Source: Vicugna vicugna
Taxonomy: Eukaryota
Direction: 5' to 3'
Assembly: GCA_013265495.1 (NCBI GenBank)
Contig: MU058289.1
Location: 496,001 to 560,000, forward strand
Length of the DNA: 64,000 nt
The notes beneath the pieces were generated by a model. It had not been told where the DNA came from. It searched no databases and saw only the letters and a list, made by a program, of their open reading frames with translations. Every line of letters starts with the position of its first letter. Position 1 is the first letter of the stretch. The position numbers and the translations under genes are program-made. This document shows positions 53,877-64,000 of the stretch, one piece after another.

Positions 53877-55446
53877 TTACATAGAAATTATAAATGCTAG
53901 GAGTGGAAGCAAGAGGAGGAGTGTGAACATGCAGATTATGCTGATACATCCCACAACAACTGCTGAGAGTGCAAATAGGAAGGTTTTCCTGGAGGTCTCG
54001 GCAGCCAGTTCAGGTTCATCATTGTCCAGGTGGTTCCGTGTCTGAGTTGGATGGGAGAGGCAGAGCAGGAATAGTTGGACTAAAAGGCTTATTGGATGAG
54101 GGTGAGTCATGGGTCTGTAGGGACCCAGGGTGGGATCTGAACAAACAGGAGGGAGAACATGGATACATACAGTTGGTTTAAGGTCAGGGCCAGGACGGGA
54201 GTGCAGGGGTGGGGGAGGTTTGCCACGTCTCGCATTCCCACCTTTAAACAGTAGTACAGGGCAGCACTGCCTAAGGGACAACACATCATGAGGGCCAAGA
54301 TCGTCAGCAGGATGTGGTCTTCCGTGAGCTCCTCAGGCATAATTTCAAATGCCTGTGGGCAGAAAGTGGCTTATGTCTCAGTATGGCTTCTGGACTCTCT
54401 GAATGCTTTCAACACAACACTCCTTGGCTCCTATAGAATCTTCACTGACACCTTTGAAAGCTCTGACTCCCTTTACCTCCCAGCACGTTCCCTCTAATCT
54501 CTCTGTATTCCCTTTAATACCTCTCTGTCCTCTAGAACTACCCAACTCTTTGTGCCGTATATTCCCTCTCTGTTCCCTATAACCCTTTTCCCGTCTCCTG
54601 TAACCTCTTCCCTGTCTTGCTGGTCCCTACAGCACGTCTCACTTGGCCCCTTCCACTATCCCCACAAAAATGCCTTATTGACTCTGATGACTCTCACTCG
54701 GCCTCTGTGGACCTCACCTGACCCACTGTTACATTTTGTTCCTGTTAACACCCTTCTCATCCCCCATGCCACTTTCTCTTTGCTCCTATAAACCACCCTA
54801 CTAAAAAGACCCTCACTCAACAGTTCAACACTCTCACTTTTCCTCTGTCAAACCTTCACTGTCCCCTTAAAAACTTTCATCCTATAAAACCTCCAATGTC
54901 TTTAATAGCTCACTGCTTATCCCATATATAACAACATTCACTTTGTCCCTATCAATCAATCATGGTCCTGTTTTGACTCTTAACTGTTCATCCATAAATT
55001 CCTACTTTCTCCCCCTTACACCCTATCCTCTCACTGGGCTCCTCTAAGACCTTCTTTGAGTAACTATAAACTCTGAGTCCTCTCATGTCCACTCCTAGTG
55101 TCTTCACTGTCCTCTTATAATGACCTGCCATCTCCCATTATCACCTTCTCTACCTCTGAAACCAGCTTGGTGATCCTTTGAACTCCTGCTGCCTCCACTC
55201 ATTGCAACCTCCCTGTTCCTCTAAACCTCTGTTCCTTGAATACTTCTCTATTTACAAAACTCTCTCTGCCCCCTTTTGAAACATTCCTTGCCCTCTCATT
55301 TTCCCCCATCTCTTCTCTCTTTCTCCCACCTGTCACCCCGTGAATTCCCTCCCTCCCACTTCAAACCAGCATTAGGGCATCTGGATCTGGTACTACCAAG
55401 GCTACATGGATCCTCTCCCTCACTCCAACCTGCCAGGGATTACCAT
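53877..55446 (-). CDS. CD225/dispanin PMIS2-like copy 4 (92 aa)
   Basis: Exons 55444-55446, 54242-54352 and 53877-54041 give M-AFEIMPEELTEDHILLTILALMMCCPLGSAALYYCLK-TRNHLDNDEPELAAETSRKTFLFALSAVVVGCISIICMFTLLLLLPLLAFIISM*. Confidence 0.84.
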
Positions 55447-58400
55447 GGTGACCAGGCAGGCCCCGCCTCTTATTCCCTCTTTCTACTTTCATTGGCTGAT
55501 TAGAAGATGTATATGATTGGATAGGGGAAGCCAGTACTCACGTGGCTGCTGAGTGGTCTGAAGCAGTTCAGGCTCTTCCTACTCTCTCTGGTGACTGATG
55601 AATTCCGGGAGTGCCTTGGGAGGAAAGCACTTGGCGCAAGAGTGATGTGGGCCTAGGAGCTTCGGGTTTCTTCAGGGACCTTGAGAGGGGTCATTTAACA
55701 ACTTGAGTCAGGTTCTGCAGCAATGGAGGCTGATCTTTGTGGAAACTGACAGCCTTTCATGTGCTTTTGGACAGCTATGTATCCTCTTTGGTGAAGGGTG
55801 AGTTCCTTTCTTTCATCCAATTAAAAAATGGGTTGTTTTTATTACAGTTAAGTTTGAGGGTCATTTATCTGTTTTGGATGCCAGTCCTTTGTTAGATATG
55901 GGATTCAAAAATCTTTTCTCTGGGACTGTAGCTTCTCTTTCCATTTTCTAACAGTGTCCATTGCAGAGCAGAAGTCTTAAATTTTGACGGAGTCCAAATT
56001 ATTATTTTTTCCTTTACGGAGGTGCTTTTGGTATCATGTCTGAGACTTTTGCTTAACCCGGGGTCAGGAAGATTTTCTCCTATGTTTTCACCTTTGAAAG
56101 TTTGATAGATTTATACTTTACATTTAGATCTACAGTCTATCTTGAGTTTATATTTGTGTAAGATGTGAAGTTTTAGTTGAGACTAGTTGTGTTTGCATAT
56201 GGTGGTCCATGTAATCTAACACCATTAAAAGAAACTGTTCTTTCTTGATAAAGTGCCTTTGGACTCCTTTCTAAATACATTGGCCATATTTATGTGGGTG
56301 TCTATCTGCATTCCTTATCTGTTTTATTGACCTATGTGTTTATCTGCTTGCCAATATCACGCTGTCTTAATGATGTAACTTCGTAGTGATTCTTAAAATT
56401 GGGTAACATGAATACTCTAACTATAATCTTCTTTTTCAGAGTTTTTTTGACAGTGCTTGTGTAGATCTACAAATCTTTTGGTCGTTAATTCAGACTTGCA
56501 TTAGAATTTCCAAGCAAATTAAATGGATGCTAAGCCTTACAATTCTCAACTGTGGGAGAATTGCATTTATTTATTTCTTCTGTTTTTTTTCCATCAGTGG
56601 CCTAGTTATACACACAGCTCACACACATGATATGTTAGATTTATATCCAACTGTTTGCTTGTTTGGGGGCTGTTGAAAATATTATTAAAAAAAACTTGGT
56701 TTCCAATTGTTTCTTGCTAGCTTATGGAAATTTAATAGATTTTTGCATGTTGACACTGCAGCCTGCACCTTGCTGAACTCACGGTATCAATTCCAGGAGT
56801 TTAAATTTTATTTTAATATTGTAGTAGATTCCTTGGTAATTTCCACATAGACGGTCATGTCATCTGCAAATAAGGGTAGTTTTTGTTTCTTCCTTTACTA
56901 TCTGTGTGCCCTTTCCACCCTTCTCCCCCCTGCCGCCTTTCTGACTTAGCGAGCTGATTGGACTTCCAGTCTGCTGTGGAAGAGGAGTGGTGGGAGTGGA
57001 CGTCCCTGTCTTGTTGCATATATTGTGGGAGAAAGCCTTCCCTCTTTCACCACCACATGTGGTGGTAGCTGTAGGTTATCTGTAGATGCCCTCTATCAGG
57101 ATGAGGAAGTTCCCTATTAGTTGTAGTTTGCTGAGTGTTTATGCTGAATGGCTATTGACTTTTCTCAAGTGCCTTTTCTGCGTGAATTGATCCTGTGGTT
57201 TTCCTTCTTTAGATAATAATATAGTGGATTACACTGACTGATTTGTAATATAGGTCCAATTTTGCATTTTTGGGAGAAGCCTCAGTTGGTGGTGGTGTAT
57301 ACCATTTATATACATCTGGTTTTGGTTTTTCAGTCTTTCTTTCAGAATTCTTCTATCTATATTCATAATAGATAATGGTTTGTAGTGTTCTGTGCAGTCT
57401 TTTCGTGGTTAGTATCACGTTTATTCTTGTTTAGGAAAATCATTTTGGAATATATCTTCCTCTTTTTTTTTGCTAGAAGAGCTGTTTTCAGTTTGTGAGC
57501 AACGGATATGTTCATTCTCTTAGTTGTGGTAACGGTTTCATGGGTGAATACCTATGTCAAAACTTACTAGGTTGTGTACTTTAAATATCTGTGGTTTTGT
57601 CAATTACATCATGATAAATCCTAAAAAATTAGTTAGTAAAGAGCAACAGAGTAATTTCTGGAAGTGAGGTAGTATAAAAGGTAAGACTAAACTTTTTTCT
57701 TAAGGATTTCAAAAACGGAATGCCTGGAAATTGCACATTGAAGTTTACAGTTCAGAGATTTCCTGACCCAAGATTGTAAATGATCCATCCTCTATTTAAA
57801 AAACACACATACTGACTCAGCATTCCAGCTACTTTTAAGAACAGTGTAGCTGACTTTATTAAAGCTGATTTACTCAGTGGACAGACATAAGAGGAATTCT
57901 AGCTGTAATCTGACACACTGAAAAGCACATGGACAATGGCAATGTGTCAGAAGGGAGAGAATGACTTTGTCTATCTCAGCTTTTTTGTTTGTTTTGTGAT
58001 ATAAGAGATAATGGTTTATTTTAAACCTGATTACTTCTCTATCAAGACAGATAATTCCAGCTATAATCAGACACATAGACACTGTCAGTGTGCCAGAGGG
58101 GAGAGAATGACTTTGTCTATCTCAGCTTTTTTGTTTGTTTTGTGTAATAAGGAGAAATCTTCTCTAACATAACATCAAGTCATGGAATGCAGTTCCACAG
58201 ACAGTACCAGAGGCCAGAAAACATCAGGCCAGCACAAGGCTTTGTGCTCAGTGTGGTAATTTGTGCTCAATTGTGGCTTTTTAAGGTTCCACATATAAGT
58301 GGTATCGCACAGTATTTGTCTTTCTCTGATTTACTTTACTCAGCATAATGCCCTCAAGTTCCATTCAAGTTGTTGCAAATGGCAGGATTCTTAGTTCTCG

Positions 58401-60224
58401 TTAATTTCTCAAAGTAATAATTTCTATTTGTGTATGTATATCTCTATCTCTATATCTATCTATCTATATACCCTCCTCTTCATTCATTCATCCACTGTCA
58501 GACACTTAGGTTGTTTCCACATCTTGCCTATTGTGAAAAATGCTTACAGCAGATGGGAGTGCTGATCCCTCTTTGAGACAGTGGTTTTATTTCTGTTCGA
58601 TATATAGCCCAAACTGGGATTGCTGTACCCTATGGTAGTTCTGTTTTCACTCTTCTGAGGAACCGCCATCCTATTTTCCAAAGTGGCTGCCAAGTTTAAT
58701 TTCCCACCAACAGTGTACAAGGGTTCCCTTGTAGACCCAGGATTTATAAAAAAGCAAGTGGGGTTTCTCAGTGTCTTCTACCTTGATTCAAAGGACTCTG
58801 AGCCTTTTTGAGATGGTGGAGTCACCAAGTGGAAAGAGTGGATCCTGAGTTATATGTGGGCCAGTAGAAATGCCCACATTTGGAGGTTCTGTGAGGTGAA
58901 ATAAACTTCTATGTTGTGAGCGACTGATTTGGTGGGGTTTGTTTGTTACAGCTGCTAGCATGAGCTTAACATACCTTCTAGACCTCTTGCCCATTAGCCT
59001 GGTGCATCTGAAGCTATTCGTGGTTGTGGAGGAGGACCTGGTTTTTATTTTTTATTTTTTTGAGGAGGCAGTAATTTGGTTTGTTTGTTTGTTTGTTTGT
59101 TTGCTTAATATATTTATTTAAATGGAGGTACTAGAGATTGTTCTACCTCTGAGCTATACCCTCCCCCAGAAGACCTCTTTTTGATATCTCCAGTCTGTCA
59201 TGGACTGATCCTTTTTGTCTATATTCCTGTTCAACAAGAGAAGACTCTTGTTGGATGCCATGACAATGTCAGGCTGCTGTGTTTCTAAACACTTACTGGC
59301 AATTTCTGCACTTATCTTATTGCAGACCATTAACAGTTTGTGGACCAGTACTGGCACTGCCTTAGCTCATTACCCTGTTTTATCTTCTCCGTAGCATTTT
59401 CTTTTCCGTGCAATTACCTTGTTTGTTTAGAGGTCTATTTGTTTATGGCTTTCTTCCCACTAGAATGTAAGGTTCATCAGAAAGAAGTCTTATTGATACA
59501 GCTCTTGAGCTTTCCTAGTTCCCAGTGCACTGTCTGGTACATCATAGGTGCTTGGAAAATATTCTTGAATAATGATTAACTCACAAACATTGGTGATGGG
59601 GTGGAGAGGAGGCATCCGTAGCTGTTATAGAAGCTCTCTGCAATCATAACTTGACCAGAATTCTAACAGGTCTCTGATAGATGCTGGACTCCCTGGTTTT
59701 CTGACAGACCACAATTAACCCAGGTTGGGTCCTGCCTTTTGCAAGCATCTCCCCATGTTTCCCCATTAGAGGTAAAACCACTCTGGACTGTCAGTGTTTG
59801 GTGATCTGTCTATCTTCCATCCTGGTTTAAATGTTCTGAGGGGTGGAGTTGAATCTGAAGTTCTGACTGTTATGTCCCCAGAGTCAGGCAGCACAGTCAG
59901 GGCCCTTGGTCGACCTAAATAGATTTATGGCATGACTGCATGCATGTGGGCAGGACGCCCTAGGGGAAGAGTGACCTCCCCTGTCTCCCATGTCCCAGTC
60001 TTGGTGGGGTCCAGAGTTGGTCTTGAGCTCTGGTCCAGTGGGGTGCCTGAGCTAAAACTTCCTTCGCCCATCAAGCATCTCAAGGTGCTGGCTCTGGCTG
60101 GCAACATCTTTTGCTCCCAACTGTGAAGCAATGGTGTCCCATTTGACAAAATGGATACTAAGAGTCACGGTAAGTTTAAACAGTTGTATATTTTTGGTGT
60201 TTTTCCTGTGAGCTGGAGAGTAAG

Positions 60225-61806
60225 TTACCTAGCATTTGTGAATACTAGGATTTCAAGGGAGATGAAAACTGTGAAGATGGCAAGTATACAGATGGATCCC
60301 ACAACAATTGCTGAGAGTGCAAATAGGAAGGTTTTCCTGGAGGTCTCGGCAGCCAGTTCAGGTTCATCATTGTCCAGGTGGTTCCGTGTCTGAGTTGGAT
60401 GGGAGAGGCAGAGCAGGAATAGTTGGACTAAAAGGCTTATTGGATGAGGGTGAGTCATGGGTCTGTAGGGACCTAGGGTGGGATCTGAACAAACAGGAGG
60501 GAGAACATGGATACAGGGCCAGGTTGGGATGGGAGATGTGGGAGAAGTTTGCCACAATTTGCATTCCCACCTGTAAACAGTAGTACAGGGCAGCACTGCC
60601 TAAGGGACAACACATCATGAGGGCCAAGATCGTCAGCAGGTGGTGGTCTTTGGGGGACTCCTCAGGCATAATTTCAAACGCCTGTGGGCAGGGAGTGGGT
60701 TATGTCTCAGTATGGCTTTTAGATTCTGACATCCCCTCTGACCTCTCAACACATCACTCCTGGGCTCCTATAGAATCTTCACTGGCACCTATGAAAACTC
60801 TGACTCCCTTTACCTCCCACCGCATTCCCTCTATTCTGTCTGTATCCCCTTTAATACCTCTCTGTCCTCTAGAACTGCCCCAGGCCCCTCTCTTTGTGCT
60901 GTATATTCCCTCTCTGTTCCCTGTAACCCTTTCCCTGTCTCTTGTAACCTCTTGCCTGTCTTGCTGGCCCCTGCAGCACGTCTCACTTGGCCCCTTCCAC
61001 TATCCCCACAAAAAATCCCTTACTGATTTTGATGACAGTCATTTCTCTGTGGACCTCAACTGATCCATTGTCATGTTTTTTTCCTGTTAACACCCTTTGC
61101 ATCCCCCATGCTACTTTCTCTTTTGCTCCTATAAACCACCCTATTAAGAAGACCCTCACTCAACACTTCAACACTCTCATTTTTCATCTGTGAAACCTTC
61201 ACTGTCCCCTTAAAAACTTTTACCCTATAAAACTTCTAATGTCTTTAATAGTTCTCTGCTTGTCCCATTTATAATATCATTCACTTTGTCCCTGTGAATC
61301 TGTCATGGTCGTGTTTTGACTCTAACTGTTTACCCATAAACTCCTCCCTTCTCCCCCTCCCCCCATAACCTATCCCCTGGCTCCTCTAAGACCTTCTTTG
61401 AGTAACTATAAACTCTGAGTCCTCTCCATGTCCACTCCTAGTGTCTTCACTGTCCTCTTATAAAGACCTGCCATCTCCCATTAACACCTTCTCTACCTCT
61501 GAAACCAGCTTGGTGATCCTTTGAACTCCTGCTCCCTCCACTAATTACAACCTCCCTGTTCTCCTAAACCTGTGTTCCCTGAATACTTCTCTACTTACAA
61601 AACTCTCTCTGCCTCCTTCTGAAACCCTCCTTGCCCTCTCATTTCCCCCTACCTTCTCTAACTGTCTTTCTCCCCCTGCTGGCATCCTATAAATTCTCTC
61701 CCTGCCCCTTCAAACCGCAGTCCTCCACCACTAGGGCATCTTGATCTGGTACTACCAATGCTGTTATGGATCCTCTCCCTCACTCCAACCTGCCAGGGAC
61801 TACCAT
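60225..61806 (-). CDS. CD225/dispanin PMIS2-like copy 5 (92 aa)
   Basis: Exons 61804-61806 (ATG|gtagtc), 60571-60681 and 60225-60389 give M-AFEIMPEESPKDHHLLTILALMMCCPLGSAALYYCLQ-TRNHLDNDEPELAAETSRKTFLFALSAIVVGSICILAIFTVFISLEILVFTNAR*. Confidence 0.84.
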
Positions 61807-62109
61807 GGCGACCAGGCAGGCCCCGCCTCTTATTCTATCTTTCTACTTCTATTGGCTGATTGGAGGATGTGTGTGGTTGGATAGGGGAAGCCAGTACTCA
61901 CGTGGCTGCTGAGTGGTCTGAAGCAGTTCAGGCTCTTCCTACTCTCTTTGGTGATTGACGATTTTCGGGAATGACTTGGAGAAAGGCACCTCTTGGTGCA
62001 AGAGTGATGTGGACCTGGGAGTCTGGGTTTCTTCAGGCGCCTTGAGAGGCGTCATTAAACAAGTTGGAGTCAGATTCTTCATTAGTAGACAGTGATTTTT
62101 GTGAAAATT

Positions 62110-63122
62110 AACAGCTTTTTATGTGCTTATTTATCACCCTTTGATGAAGTGTCAGTTCAAGTCTTTTTCCCATAAAGAAAAAATTAAGTTGTTTTTATTA
62201 CAATTAAGTTTGAGGGCCATTCATCTATTTTGGATACAACTCCTTTGTCAGATATGTGATTTACAAATTTTTTTTTCTGGGTCTGTAGCTTATATGTTCA
62301 TTTTCTAACAATGTCCATTGCAGAGCAAAAGTTTGTAATTCTGATGGAGTCTAAATTACATTTTTTTTCTTTTATGGAATTGTGTTTTGTATCATGTCTA
62401 AGATTCTTGCTTAACTGAGGGTCAAGAAGATCTTCTCCTATGTTTTATTCTAAAAGTTTGATTTATAATTTACATTAAGATCTATGATCTGTCTTGAGTT
62501 TATACTTGTAAGGTGTAAAGTTTTAGTTTAGTTGAGATTAATTATGATTTACATATTGTGGTCCAATGAAACACTAAAAACCTTTCTTTGATAAACTGCT
62601 TTTGGACTCTTTTCTCAATAAATTGGCCCTGTTCATTGTGATCCTATTCCTGCAGTCCTTATTTTGTTGACCTATGTGCTTATCCATTTGCCAACACCAC
62701 AGCGTCTTGCTAATGTAACTTTGTAGTGATTCTTAAAATTGGGTAACATAAAGACCCCAACTTCATACTTTTTCAGAATTGTTTTGACCATGCTTGTCTA
62801 GATTTACAAATCTTGTTGTTTTTCTAACAGAGTTGCAGTAGAATTGGGAGAGATGTTGCACCTTCCAATTCGCTACTGTGGAAAGACTGTCCATTTATTT
62901 AGGATTTCTTTGATGTCTTTCAGCAGCAGCTGTAGTTACATGCACTGCTTGTACATGTGTTATTTTAGATTTACTCCAAATCGCTTGCTTATTTGGGGGC
63001 TGTTGAAAATGGTACAGTTTTTTCATTTTGGTTTTTGACTGTTCATTGCTAGCATATAGAAATACAATAGATTTTTGCATGTTGATATTGCAACGTGCAT
63101 CTTGCTAAACTCATGTTATCAA

Positions 63123-63168
<46 letters not shown>

Positions 63169-63710
63169 TCCTTGGAATTTTCTACATAGACAGTCATGTC
63201 ATCTGCAAGTAAGGGTAGTTTTTATTTCTTCCTTTACTATCTGTATGCTCTTCCACACAACCCCTTTCTGACTTAGCGAGCTGATTAGGACTTCCAGTCT
63301 GCTGTGGAGAGGAGTGGTGGGAGTGGACGTCCCTGTCTTGTTGCATATATTGTGGGAGAAAGCCTTCCCTCTTTCACCACCACATGTGGTGGTAGCTGTA
63401 GGTTATCTGTAGATGCCCTCTATCAGGATGAGGAAGTTCCCAGTTAGTTCTGGTTTGTTGAGTGTTTATGGTGAATGGATATTGACTTTCCTCAAGTGCC
63501 TTTTCTGCATCAATTTATTGTATGGTTTGCTTTCTTTAGACAGTAAATATAGTGGGTTACATTGATTGATTTTCTATTGTTCAACTAGCTTTGCATTCTT
63601 GGGAGAATCCCCAATTGGTGGTGGTGTATTCTACTTGTACACTTCTTTTTGATTTTCTAGTATTTCATTGAGAAATTTTTCTATCTATATTCATGAGAGA
63701 TATTGATCTG
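62110..63710 (-). mobile_element. Old L1 remnant upstream of copy 5 (paralogous to about 50.0-51.6 kb and 55.8-57.4 kb), with (GT)n near 63127-63166
   Basis: Decayed antisense ORF2 sequence that aligns by eye with the corresponding flank of the other units. Confidence 0.72.
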
Positions 63711-64000
63711 GACATAGTCTCTATCTGATTTTGAAATCAAGACAATGCTGGCATGCTAAGCCTACAGTCTACCATTTGAGCTATTCCCTCCTCTCCCAGA
63801 TAGGATTTAAATTTTCTTTATTTAAGTATAGTTGATTTACAATATATGTTATACTTTCAGGTGCACAATATATCGATTCAAAATTTTTATAGATTATTTT
63901 CCATTTAAAGGTACTATAAAATATTTTTTATCTTCCCTGTGCTGTAAATATATCCCTGCACCTTTTAAAAATTTTATACCCAGTAGTTTGTACCTCTTAA

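Larger units (their letters stand above)
27600..64000. repeat. Tandem segmental array of five gene-bearing units, probably continuing past the window
   Basis: The same module order recurs with gene cores near 30, 43, 48, 54 and 60 kb: MLT-type LTR split by L1, hAT-like remnant, 3' flank, exon 3, exon 2, pyrimidine-rich intron, ATG exon/CCAAT promoter, L1 remnant. Confidence 0.95.

Noticed and set aside
53877..54284. Single-exon ORFs of 135, 123 and 106 aa at copies 4, 5 and 1 as the true gene models
   Set aside because: Their N-terminal halves are intron 2 read-through. The spliced model restores the CD225 motif and is conserved across all five copies.
30020..61806. Assigning the symbol PMIS2 or IFITM to any single copy
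   Set aside because: Family membership and position are suggestive, but orthology cannot be established without a phylogeny. The true PMIS2 may lie beyond the window.

Overview
Mammalian genomic DNA, probably camelid (inferred from the tRNA-derived SINE and young L1 3' ends). Left half, minus strand: the first four coding exons of RBM42 with its CpG/CCAAT promoter, and a complete 19-exon HAUS5 (spliced CDS 1902 nt, 633 aa). From about 27.6 kb to the end lies a tandem array of five segmental repeat units. Each carries a small three-exon minus-strand CD225/dispanin (PMIS2/IFITM-like) gene of 87-92 aa that the ORF track misses. Exon 1 contributes only the ATG, exon 2 is 111 nt and exon 3 is 150-165 nt. 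The copies are mosaic and diverge strongly in the cytoplasmic loop and second hydrophobic segment. One copy has a duplicated exon 2 and one has a GC donor after its ATG. The rest is L1, L2/MIR, LTR and SINE sequence, plus one 21-nt assembly gap. Exon boundaries were read by hand; repeat boundaries are approximate; no database search was run.
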